A DNA stretch of 64,000 nucleotides from the human T2T-CHM13v2.0 reference genome, Homo sapiens. Of the stretch, positions 32,301 through 45,990 are shown piece after piece. Numbering within the stretch: the first letter of the stretch is position 1; every line of letters begins with the position of its first letter. The position numbers were made by a program, and so were the translations under genes. Below the pieces are notes generated by a model. That model searched no databases, was not told the origin of the DNA, and was given only the letters and a program-made list of their open reading frames with translations. The DNA lies in the NCBI RefSeq assembly GCF_009914755.1, contig NC_060938.1; one strand, 5' to 3'.

Positions 32301-32929
32301 TACAAATTTTGCCTCAATTAAATCCACAGATGATGTGACTCCAGAGCATTTATATAAGACCACTACCTGCCCCAGCTGAATGATGGCTGACAGGAGATGG
32401 GGGAAGACACCTTGTCCTTGCTTTTAGCCATATGTAGTCCCTACACATGACTTACTCTAGGTTATAAAGGCTGACCACTGAGTCAGGAAACACAAATACA
32501 GAATAAATACTTTATTGGCAACACATTATAATATACATTAAAATAATAGTATCTGTATTTCCAAATGCTATGGCCACCCTGTACATAAAACAGTGTGAAT
32601 AATTATAGTCCCTATGCTCTGAGAGTCGATAAACTAAAATAAATAAATACTTGTTGCAGATAAAAGCACAAAATTGGCAAGAAAATTTAGCCAAAATAAC
32701 CATGTCAAACTCATAGCTAAAAATTCAAAAGAAAAATGTATGTGTCAGCAAATATGTCCAGTTTTTCTTCAACTGGTAAGAAAGGAGATAGTCTCATGAC
32801 ACACAATTTTGTCTCGGTTTCTATCCTTAAAACTGTTGCTTTACACTTAACACACCCAGCCAATCAAGAAATTAGAAATATATGTTTGAATTATTTACCC
32901 ACTACTTAGTAGATTTTTGAACAAAACCT

Positions 32930-33120
32930 TTTTCTTTTCAATTTTTAATTGACAAATAACAATTATATATATATTTATCGTGTACAACATATTTTGAAAT
33001 ATGTATAGATGGTGGATTGGCTAAATTGAGCTAATTAACATATGTATTATCTCACACAGTTATCATATTTGGGGAGAGAACACATAAAACCTACTCCCTT
33101 AGCATTTTTCAATACAATAA
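32930..33120 (-). mobile_element. L1MA 3' end fragment
   Basis: TTTTAATTGACAAATAA...TTGAGCTAATTAACATATG. Confidence 0.75.
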
Positions 33121-33856
33121 ATCATACGAAACCTTTCTTTACAAATTCCAAGCCAATGCCTAGAAAGTAAAAGTTGGAAAAACTTTCTACCTGTTAGTTT
33201 TAGCAAACTTCACCTTCTCCTTGGAAGAAAAGCAAATATATGTTAACTGGAAAGTTGAAAGGAAAACCTGCTGATTTCCAGGCAAACTGGATATGCTGGG
33301 TTAGAAAAAAGAATGTTCTCATTGATTTAGATTGGACACCTGGTAAGCCCTTTAGAAGACTCGGTACCTGTCTCAGAAAAGAGCAATGTAGGCCCAAAAT
33401 GACCAACCAGATACGTAGAATCATGTTGATTCCATTTTCTGCCAAGAGTTTTGTAAAAACTACAGGCATAAAAAATTAAAGGTTTTATTGCAGGACAGAT
33501 GGGCATGCATGCCGGGAAGCCATATAGCTGGCCCACACAAAACGGATGAACAATCCCTGATTTTCATAACACTTCACTTGAAGACACAGCATATTTCCTG
33601 CCTGAGCAATGAAGCCAAGGGAATAGGAAAGACTCCTTTCTAATATTTTTCCAGATAGTTAAATGTGATTGTCTAGAGAATTTCCATTTGCAGTTAGCTT
33701 GGCATGCCTTTTACCAGAATTCATTATTCCACTCAGCTTTATAAGCCTGGGGGAGGTGGGGAAGAAGGGTTGTGTCCACACGGTCTTGATCTCTGCTATC
33801 TGTTAATCCTGTCTAACTAGGGCAGCCGCTGAGTTACATGATTTCTTCTCTGGGGC

Positions 33857-33864
33857 TATTTATA
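33857..33864 (-). promoter_or_regulatory. Candidate TATA box (TATAAATA) in a repeat-free island
   Basis: Motif only, with a possible downstream donor CAG|GTACCG at 33368/33367. Confidence 0.2.
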
Positions 33865-34259
33865 TTTAACACAAGATTCAAGAAACGGTCTCAAACCCTA
33901 GTCTGGGAAACATTAAAAAGACAGATTCTTTTATACAATTTAGCAAGTTTGGATGGGAGGAGGTGTTGTTAGAAAACTGTATTTTGTCCAGTATTCCCAA
34001 TAAACAGACTCCCATTTGGTCATCACTACTTACAAGATCAAAAATTATTAGAACTCAGACTAATAAATCACTAAAGTAGAATTTAATGCATGGGCAATGG
34101 AAATAAACATTGTGGAAGGGAAATCATACACTAGCAGCTGCCTATTAACCTTTGCATAAATTTAACTGGGTTGAGTGGTTTTAAGTTTTCATCTAGTCAA
34201 TATCTGAATACAGAAAGTTTAGACTAAATGACTCCCAACTTCACTTCAAGAACTGTATG

Positions 34260-35527
<1,268 letters not shown>

Positions 35528-35812
35528 AGAGCCATTGTTATATGTTTGCTTGCAAATATTCAGATGGGAAGAGGCAAGGCAAAATAGATAAGTTAGCCAA
35601 TGTTATGGGAGGAGGTTAGGAGAGGAAGAGTATGTGGAATAAAAATGTAGAAAAAACTGTTCTTACCTGTTTGCAACCTTAACTCCCAGAGATTACCATT
35701 TCAATTTTGTAATAGGAACTCACCAGGAGGATCCTCCACAGAAGAATGGAAATCAACCAATGGATAGTGGACCTTTGTCTCTGGCCATGGCACCATCTCT
35801 AAAAGCAATGGT

Positions 35813-35918
35813 CCAGTGGTTTTCAATCCTGATGCCCATAAGAATCACCTATGTTGTTGTTGTTGTTTTTAATACAGGCATCAGGGCCACCTAAACCAGA
35901 ATTTCCTATGGTGAGTCC
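35813..35918. mobile_element. MER5-type fragment
   Basis: CCAGTGGTTTTCAATCCTG...AGAATCACCT. Confidence 0.6.
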
Positions 35919-38900
35919 ACTTTCCAATCTACTTTGAAATTTTAACCCAGAATGTTCACTGTTAATAGCATCTATTTGGCTTAAGTTCATATTGGTGAGA
36001 GTCAATTTCTAAAAGCTCACCCTGAAACTAGGTAACTACTCATGTCAATTTCAACAAGTATATAAAATAATTAATTTCTGTGTTTAAATGGGAAATTATA
36101 TGCAATGTGTTCTTTTTAGAATCAGCTATAATAAAAAGAGACATTTCATTTATAAAATTTCTTACAATTTTTTTCTAATAACCAGTCATAAATTCCCCAT
36201 GAGTGAAAAGTTTATGTTCACAATATTCTGTTGCCTTTCTGTATTTTCAAAATTGAAAGATGAAGAAGAAACAAACTTTGATCTGACTGACATTATGATG
36301 ACAGGAACAGAGAGAGACATTTTTAGGACATATTTTCAAAACTGTGCACATGAAATGACATTTCAAGTTTGGGAAATCATATTACTTTAAATGGGATTTA
36401 CATGGTTACATTCCAAACTACTTTGAAATTTTAACCTAGAATGTTCACTTTTGACGGTGTCTATTTGACTTAAGCTTATGCTGGATAACTTAAAAGTTGC
36501 CATTTTAACACTCAAGTATTTCAAAATTTTGAAATAACTATCTAACATTTGTAAGTTTCTGATCAACTTTAACAATAAATAATTAGCAAGCTAGGTAAAA
36601 ATTATTTTAAAAGTAAAATTCAAAACTATCTCCAAAAAATGTTTATGTAATCAAAACAGTGTAAAAGCAAGATTTAAAAGGATTGCAATTCTGAACATGA
36701 ATTTAGAAATATTAGCAATCACCTTATGTTCTAATGCTTAGCATTACAACAAAAGCATCATATCAGGCCATTTATTTTCACTGCTTAAATTGCTAACTTT
36801 GAATGTTGTCACATTTTAACCATTTTCCTAGATGACGCTCTCTAATTTGGAGGTCAGCATTCTCATAACATATAAGCAGTTTTGCCAAAACCCCTCCCTG
36901 AGTCTCTATTTTTTCCATTTACATTTGTCTTCTCCTCCACCTCCACACCTCATAATAGTAGTGTCAGTATTGGTAACAGTGTTCCCAAAAGTATGAATCA
37001 TTTTGCATGATAATCACTTAAAGTTAGTAGCACAACTGCAAGCCAATCTATGGACCAGTTTAGGGTTCAATTATCCATGTGTCCCTAAATTAAAACCAAA
37101 TTTTACAGATTAATTCACTGCCATGGTATAGGTAGAAAACTGTGGGTACAAACCATAAAATGCCTCTATCCACAGTGCTAGCTTTCCAATTCATTTCATC
37201 TTTGTTCATTTTTTTCCATGTTTATTGCTGACAAACTCTGCCAGTGTATATATTAGTCAGATACCACCTAATGTTCTTTGGCACTTATTACATTTCCCAT
37301 TAAGCTAAAATCCTAAAATAGCTTTTTAAATACTGAATTTGTATCTCTGCCAATATGAAATTGTGAAACCTTCCTTATCCATTTATTGCATCAAATACTT
37401 GATTTCCCCAGATGCTAAATCATTAATCTTGTCTGGATGTATTTCAAGATCAAAGCTCCCATTTTAATAAATTTACATGACAACCAACAATAAATCTTCA
37501 GAGGCCCATCTTTCTGGCTCATGACCTGTCTTAAATCCTCTACCTGAAGCTGATACCTATACTACTTCCAGATTTGGAAACAAAGAACATATTTAGGAGA
37601 TTACATTTAGACAGAAGCAGCAAGAAATCTTCCTTTTATACATTTTTCTCCTTTCCAAGCACACGCAATAAATTTATACCTCTGCAGGTTAACAGAAAAC
37701 ATGGATGTTATTATACATACTGCTTTGTTCCCTCTGGCTGTCTTCAAAATATCTAAGACCAGGGCCTCAAAGAATTTTCTGTAACAGAACTTTGCTGCCA
37801 CCAACTGAACACATTCACCCAATGCAAGTAGGTTTTGTTTTTTGGTTTGGGGTTTTTTTTCACAAATTAGTGCTGAAAAAGGAGATGAAGGGAAGACACA
37901 TATTCTCTTGGCCCACATCCCAAACTCCAGCCATAACTCCATCTTTAATCAGTAATACCACGTGAGCATTGAAAGAGAGCTGAGAATTCATATCTTGACA
38001 TTAGCAATGGCAGCCCTCCCTTTGCAACTCTAAACCACTTCATATTAATAGAAAACTCCTCCTTTATTTGTAAGCAAAGGGCATCTGTTTTATTCATACA
38101 AACAAGCATAAATCAAAGAGTTTGTGCCAGGAGTGAGTGGCATGTCATGAAATGGTAATGTTGACCTGGCCATTGAGCTGGGCTAAGTGAAAGTCTTTTG
38201 AATCAATAATGGTTACCAGGTCAGAAAAGCAAACTCCTCTAATCTCATTCCCACCGGTGAATTCTTGAAAAAAAATTCAAAGTAGTCTTCACAGGTGGCC
38301 CTAATTTCTTGTTCGGAAGCCAAATCCACTTTGATCTTTTAAAGGGGTAAGAGACTATTTAGTCAGTTTGTCCTAGACCTTTGCAACACATTAGAATCAC
38401 CTGGTAAAATACAAAGTTCAAGGCCCCTCCTCAGAACTCCCAATTAGAGCCTCTCAGAAGGGAATTTGGGCAACAGCATATTTTTTAGTCCACAGGAAAT
38501 CCTGAAATACAGCCAGAGTTGAAGAGCACTAGCTTAGGCCTATTCTCTCATTTCCTAAATGGGGGAACAGGTTCAGAAGAGTAAAAGCAGTCAACAAAAA
38601 TATATGCACACACCCTTAAGGAAAACCTTGAGGAGGCCTAGAACATTGGGTTTGGAGAGTGTGATGCCTGGCTTCACTAGGGAGGCTTATCCAAAAGGAA
38701 GCACATCCTAACATGTTGATCTTTGCCAAATTCCTTTGGTCTCTTGAACAATTCAACATAAGCAAGATAAAAATGCTTTAACGGTTAAAAAAAAAAAACA
38801 CAGTCTTTGGAAGATAATAAGAAAAATAACCTCACTTTATTTTCATTTCATACCTGTCCCATTTAGCTTGAAATTTTTGCCCTCTTGAACCTTATGAGTG

Positions 38901-39962
38901 CTGAAAATATATTTACTGTGAGTCAAATATGATCTAATTTGTTAATTCCCATGACCCTGATATTTTCCTTTAACATAGCCGAAACATGGAATGTTTTAAG
39001 TAAAATTAATGTATATTTAAAGTTTTTCATTTATTCGACTTAATGTTTCTAATATATAGAAGGAAAAATTTAATACATGGTATGCTGATTTTTTTTCTAC
39101 AGTTTTCTGGTTTTCTTACCTCTGTCTTTGGAAGATTCATTTTAGATTACTTCTAGTGCCTTATGAAGAAGGTCTACCCACCATCACTACCCAAGAAAGC
39201 AAGTTAATGCTTTATGTTTCTCCTACTTCTTGGACCTTCCCAACTCTACCAGCCCCTGCCCCAACCAAACACAGCCCTAGCTCACCCAGTAGTAATTTTG
39301 CTTCAAGTCAAACCCTGATTCACCTGCCTTTTTGCTTAGTAGTGTCTTTAACCTGCTCTCCTAGTGAGCACTCAAGAATCTTTGACATTAAATGGGTACT
39401 GCACCCCTACCTGATTGAAATGGCTTTGACCTTGACAAAAAAAGCTGATTTCACCCAATAGGGCTTCCTATTTTTGGAAATTCAATTCACACTGACTTAT
39501 CAGGGGTGAGGGGGAGAAAAGCAAGCAAGACAGAGGTTGGTGGTGGAAGTAACTTGAGTCCAAGACGGAGACTTATAGCTCTATACATGGCAAGACACCC
39601 ACTGGAAATCTGTTGGGATGAAGAAATGGTACACCTTCTGGGAGTAGTTAGCCCAAAGTAATAAAGTGGTCAGGCAAACAAGTTTCTTTCAGCTACAAAG
39701 CATCAGTAGTTGGAACAGAATAGGGGCACAAGCAAGACTGCTTTGGTACCCATGTGGGAAAGTGTAAAGCTAAAAACAAGAGCATGTTTTCTTCCTGCTT
39801 GTTAACAATACAGAATGGAATTGGGAAGTCTGAGGACACTGGAGAAAACAAATATGATTTTGACCCTTAAAAGACCTCAGAATATAAATGAAAGACAGGG
39901 AAATCCAATGAATATGGTTACCCAAATGCCAGAGGACAGATCACAAGAAAGAGGCCAAATCG

Positions 39963-39986
39963 AAAAAAAAAAAAAAGAAGAAGAAG

Positions 39987-40055
<69 letters not shown>

Positions 40056-40082
40056 AAGAAAATGAAAGAAAAAAATAAAAAA
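39963..40082. repeat. A/GA/GAAA purine-rich simple repeat
   Basis: Direct reading. Confidence 0.95.
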
Positions 40083-41464
40083 ATATTGGGGTTTATGCTG
40101 TCTATGCTGTCGTTGGAAGAAGCGTATGCTAAGGAGTATACATGAAATATTTCTAGAAGTTTCCAATAAATAACTTAGGATCCACCGTATTGGGGGATAA
40201 AGGTGCTGAAATCACAGAAGGAACTGCTATTGACCACCTCCTAGGTTTCACATGCTAGTGATAGCAATTAGCTGCTTCTACCCCCAAGACGTTCACTTCC
40301 CCACCTCCCACCTGTCCAGATATTGCATGTCTTGGAAATAATGATATGCCTTCTCCTCAGTCCTGATGTATTCTTATTATTCCAAATGAGAAATTCCTGC
40401 AAGAAGTGGCTAGTTGGGGAATGGAGTAGTAGGCAATATCTTGGCTAATTATTGTCATAAAAATAAATGACATCAAACCTAAATGTATTACATTTGTCAG
40501 ACATTATCCTCTAATTAAATAAACACAACCAAAATAATTCCATCCAATAAGGCTACTCTTACAAGAACTAATTTCACAGTTAATTCATTCTGGTAGTGCC
40601 AATAATACAGCTTTTTATAAAAATTCAATCATCTACAGAGATTGTACTAAAGTTCTATTACAGCAAGGTAATTCTTGGCCTTGAATATTTTCAGGCTGAA
40701 ATAATATGTTTGATGCTTTAAGGTGTAAAAATTCTGTGCTCACAACCAAAAACTTGTCTAAGGTCTTAAAGATATAAAACTTTTTTATATAAAAATGTAG
40801 TTCTTTTCACTAATGCCTTAGAGCTGACACTTGCAAAGGTTAGGAATTGCATTCCACCAAAAAAAGCACAAAGAAACAAACATTTAGTGGTGTTCATATG
40901 GACACTATATGTAACATCAGCAATGACTCCTCAGAGTCTCTTGAGTCCCACGGTGATATACTTGGCCAACAGACCCTGACGACAGCAGGCTGCTTGAAGC
41001 AGGTTTTGATGAGTCTGTGAAGCCTGTCATTGTAGCTCTCCTACCCTATCGATTATAATTGGCTGCCATTTGGTATTATGTGGGAAAGTTTACCGGCCAC
41101 AGACTGCTGTATCATTCTACCAGGGCACTTCTCTGCTGCTCTAAAAATTCTCATGCACCTTTGTTCTGGAAAGGAAGTATAATCACAATTATAATCACAA
41201 AATAAAATCACCAAAATGTTCCAAGTGAAATGCTAGTTTTACTATCTGAAATATTTTAATTACCAATTTATCATCAAAGTTTTGAGAATTTTGTAGAAAC
41301 TTCTTTATTTGATGTAATCTAACACTGCCACACAGGACTAGTGGTATACAGTTCCACCCACTCCACAGAGATAAAGAATATGAAACCCAAACTCAAAGCA
41401 TTCACATTCAGTGATTGTCAACGATTCACTGTTACATAAAAGCGACTTTAAATTACATGGAACA

Positions 41465-41756
41465 GGCCAGGCGCAGTGGCTCACGCCTGTAATCCCAGCA
41501 CTTTGGGAGGCCGAGGCGGGCAGATCACGAGGTCAGGAGATCAAGACCATGCTGGCTAACGTGGTGAAACCCCATCTCTACTAAAAATACAAAAAAATTA
41601 GCCAGGCGTGGTGGCGGGCGCCTGTAATCCCTGCTACTTGGGAGGCTGAGGCAGGAGATGGCGTGAACCGGGGAAGTGGAGCTTGCAGTGAGCCGAGATA
41701 GCACCACTGCACTTCAGCCTGGTTGACAGAGCAAGCCTCCATCTAAAAAAAAAAAA
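41465..41756 (+). mobile_element. AluY
   Basis: GATCACGAGGTCAGGAGATC, GGCGTGAACC, GAGCTTGCAG; TSD AAATTACATGG(AAC/GAT)A. Confidence 0.92.
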
Positions 41757-42909
41757 AAATTACATGGGATATATACCAAGTACCCAAGAAATATGGTGCA
41801 ATGGAGGAGAGTCTCCATCATACTCCCGCTGTTGTATTCGTATTATTGTAAAATATATCCTGCAGTCCCAACATCTGGGACATATTCCAGTGAAAGACTA
41901 GTGGTCACAAACATTTAGCTGATATGCTTATAAACATATGATATACCAGCTGGTAACTGCTGAATGATGAGCTAGCTTTTTGGGTAAAGAGTGGCAATCA
42001 CCTCTGTTTTGAGATTTGAGGTCTCCAGGTAATCCTTAGTATCAAAAACTGTCTTTCTGACTTAAAAACCTCAATTTCTGGGAATCCACCCTCTAGAACA
42101 TTTTTAAATGGAAAATATTTTCCCCAAATGCACATATTTTATTATCCCATACTAAAAAGATAATTATTTATCAGAACTAAACTTTTCAGTTGAGACTTCA
42201 GACACCATGGCCTGAAACAGGAGAGACAGTTATAAAAGAGGGAACTAGCAAAGAAATGATAAGTAGAGTACTGAAAAGAACTTGCCTGCTTTCCAAGCTG
42301 AGTAGTTTCCTGGCCCACAAAGGTATTTTGGCAGACCAGTATGCTGCTTTTATCTCAAAGGTGGCAGAAAAGGAAAGTTGGCACTGGAGATGAGACAGAA
42401 CCATGGGAAAACCTGGTAGTAACAGATACTATTTCATAGGAAGTATCAACAATGAGAAGACAGAAAACTGTAAAAGAAAGGGAGACAAATAGATTACATT
42501 GCTGAACTTCAGTTTCCTTACCTATAAAGTGTTGGAAATATACCAACCAAAGCCTACCTGAATCCCAGTGAGGCTCAGATGAGAAAATGAAAGTGAAAGC
42601 ATTTTAAATATTCTAAGTGTTATACAAAGGTAAAATATATTGCACATGTCAGATCCTTTTCACATGTAACAACAAATAAGGGAAAGTTTTCTGGATTTCT
42701 GATTGGTTGTCAAAATGTAAGCCCCTGATAAGTTTTTATGGACCAAAGACTGACTTGAATAAATTCATAATACCTCCTCTACCATATTCATTTCCTTTTC
42801 TTTTTCCCTTCAGGTTGGTATAAAGAAGAAAAATGGGAAGAAAGGATGCTGCCTATTTCTGATTTCTCAGTCTATCTGAAGCTGCCATTATAGAGATTGC
42901 TTTTGTTTC

Positions 42910-43698
42910 TGAGATGAAGCAGGGAACCCTCTTAGGGGCCTGTGCCTGGTCCCCAAAGCATGAAAATAAAGAAAAATCTTGAGTTCTTTAAAGGGAAACT
43001 CCAGGCACCTAGCTAGCCATGAGAAGTAAATGATCAACTTGATATGTCATAAGCAAGAAGGTAATAGTAGCTTAAAACAATAGCTAAGAAAGTTAGAGAC
43101 ATGAGATGGGTGGTTCCCTATGGAAACTATAAATAATATATTAACATATGTCCCGGAGTTGTTTTTCAAAACTCAGACCACCACCAAACAGATCTGCTGG
43201 CCCACAGACCTCAGATAAGGAGGAACTGAGGGCTAAACTCTGACCACTGTTCTTTGTTCTGAAGTTCTTCCTTGGAGGCATAGAGGAAGTTATACCCATA
43301 AGCCAGAGCTAACATTCTTTTCTACTGATCCCAAATTTTCAACAAGGTTTCTCTTCCTTAACCAATTACAACTCAAAAAAAAAAAATACTTTTAATCTAC
43401 CTATGATCTGAAAGCCCCTACTTTAAGATATCTTGTCTCTTTAAGCCAAACCAATGTATAACCTCCATGTATTGATTTACAATTTTGCCTATAACTTCTG
43501 GTTTCATAAATTTTCTCCTGCCTTTAAAAACTCTCATTTACAAGCTGTCAGAGAGGTCAGGACTTAAGCATGAGCTGCCTGATTCTCCTTGTTGGTGCCT
43601 TACAAATAAACACACTCCTTTCTCCCACTACAAGCTTCAATGTGGCTGTTTGCCCCTTACTACACCAGACAAGTGGGCCCCACTTCAGTTCAGTGACA
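42910..43698 (+). mobile_element. Solo ERV1 LTR, LTR48-like (about 790 bp)
   Basis: TGAGA..AGCAGGGAACCCTCTTAGGGGCC start, AATAAA, ...TTCAGTGACA end; TSD unclear. Confidence 0.7.
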
Positions 43699-44742
43699 TG
43701 TTTTGATTGTTGTTCCCGTCTCTTCTATCAGCACATCTTTAATTGAAACTGTAGAAGCTGGGGGCACCAAAATACTATGTGAAGTAAATGAATTCAGAGA
43801 GAAAACGTCCACAGAAAAAAAAATCCTTGATATGAAAGTTGCTATAAGCTGCACTGGTAAAATAACTTTCATAGTTAGAGCAACTGTTAACCATTCATTT
43901 AACACAGTGATACACTATAGTGAATAGACTAGTGAATGCAGACAACAAACAACTCTATTAATATGCAAAGATACCGAGAAACTTATTCTGGGAAGTGGTT
44001 GGTTTGGTAAGGCAAAATGAGAAGGCAGACCTTTAAAAAAATAAGTAAGATAGACAAAAATCCTGTTGAATCCACACCACTTCCTTTAGGGACATTGACT
44101 ATTAAATCCAGTGGTCACAACAGACACTAAATTTGTTCTGGGGTACAAGTTCTAGAAGTGAATATTGATCAAGGCTTCTAAATGATTTTTATTTACTTTC
44201 AAATGTAGATCAATGGAATAGAATAGCTAGTCTATCCCATCTCTTTGACTAATAACAGACATAGATTCTGACAATCACCATTGTTTTAGTCAATAATTAC
44301 AGGGAAACTGAAATATGGCTCCAAGTTTATATAGTGTAGCATAAATTTGAAAGCAATATAAAATAAGACATTCAGAAGAAAAAGGGCAGAACACAATAAA
44401 TCAGGAAAAGGAATAATAACAACAGTTAATCAAAGAAATATTTGTTGAACACTTTCTATATTCAAAAGCTACATGTTAACTTTTTAAGTACATTATTTAT
44501 GTTATTCCTCTCAACAATGTAAGGGAGATGGCATTAGCCTTACCTCATTGGAGATTAAAAAAAGAAGAAAAAAAGCTTAGAGATATTTTCCATTGTTATG
44601 CGGCTAGAAAACTAGGTAGTAGGCAATTAAACTGACTCTAATTCCAAGTTCTTTCAATATAATAACTTAACTTTAATGTAATAGTTTTCTTATTCTATTT
44701 AATATAGAAACAATAGGTTCAACAATTATAGCCCAGGGTGCC

Positions 44743-45257
44743 TATGATGGATAATATTGAGTGTCAACTTGATTTAATTGAAGGATGCAAAGTATTGTTC
44801 CCGGGTGTGTCTGGGAGGGTGTTGCCAAAGGAGATAAACATTTGAGTCAGTGGGCTAGGAGAGGCAGACCCACCTGCAATCTGGGTGGGCACCATCTAAT
44901 CAGCTGCCAGTGCAGCCAGGATAAAAGCAGGCAGAGGAACTTGAAAAGACTAGACTGGCTGAGTCTTCCACCCTCCATCTTTCTCCCATATTGGATGCTT
45001 TCTGCTCTCAAATGTCAGACTCCAAGTTCTTCAGCCTTTGCACTCTTGGACTTACAGCAGCGGTTTGCTAGGGGCTCTCAGGCCTTTGGCCACAGACTGA
45101 AGGCTGCACTATTGGCTTCCCTACTTTTGAGGTTTTGGGACTTGGACTGGCTTCCTTGCTTCTCAGTATGCAGATGGCCTATTGTGGGACTTCACCTTGT
45201 GATCGTGTGAGTCAATACTCCTTAATAAACTCCCCTTCATATATATATATATATGTG

Positions 45258-45309
<52 letters not shown>

Positions 45310-45342
45310 GAGAGAGAGAGAGAGAGAACCCTGATTAATACT
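44743..45342 (+). mobile_element. MLT2A2-type HERV-L LTR (left end of composite)
   Basis: TATGATGG..GAGTGTCAACTTGAT start, internal (TA)(TG)(GA) microsatellite, GAGAACCCTGATTAATAC end; preceded by GTGCC. Confidence 0.88.
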
Positions 45343-45347
45343 GATTT

Positions 45348-45365
45348 TGGTACCAGAAGTGAGGT
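45348..45365 (+). other. 18-nt PBS / copy complementary to the tRNA-Leu(UAA) 3' end
   Basis: TGGTACCAGAAGTGAGGT 5 nt after the LTR; not followed by HERV-L leader. Confidence 0.75.
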
Positions 45366-45990
45366 ATTAGTCCATTCTCATGCTGCTATAAAGAACTGCC
45401 CAAGACTGAGTAAATTATGAAGGAAAGAGGTTTAATTGACTCACAGCTCCGCGAGGCTGGGGAGGCCTCAGGAAACTTAAGACTGTGGCAGAAGGGGAAT
45501 GTGATGGTTAATACTGAATGTCAACTTGATTGAAAAATGCAATGTATTGATCCTGGGTGTGTCTGTGAGGCTGTTCCCAGAGGAGATTAACATTTGAGTC
45601 AATGGGCTGGAGAAGGAAAACCCACCCTTAATCTGGGTGGGCACCATCTAATCAGCTGCCAGTGCTGCCAAAATATAAAGCAGACAGAAAAAAAAAAATT
45701 TGAAAAGGCTAGACTGGCTTAGCCTCCCAGCCTACATCTTTCTCTCATGCTGGATGCTTCCTGCCCTCAAGCATCAGACTCCAAGTTCTTCGACTTTGGG
45801 ACTCGAACTGGCTTCCTTGATCCTCAGCTTGCAGATGGAGTATTGTGGGAGCTTGTGATTGTGTGAGTTAATACTACTTAATAAACGCTCATATCCACAT
45901 ATATATCCTATTAGTTCTTTCCCTCTAGAGAACCCTGATTAATACAGCTTTTGGTATTGGGAGTGGTTCTAGAGGAACAGAATATTAAGG

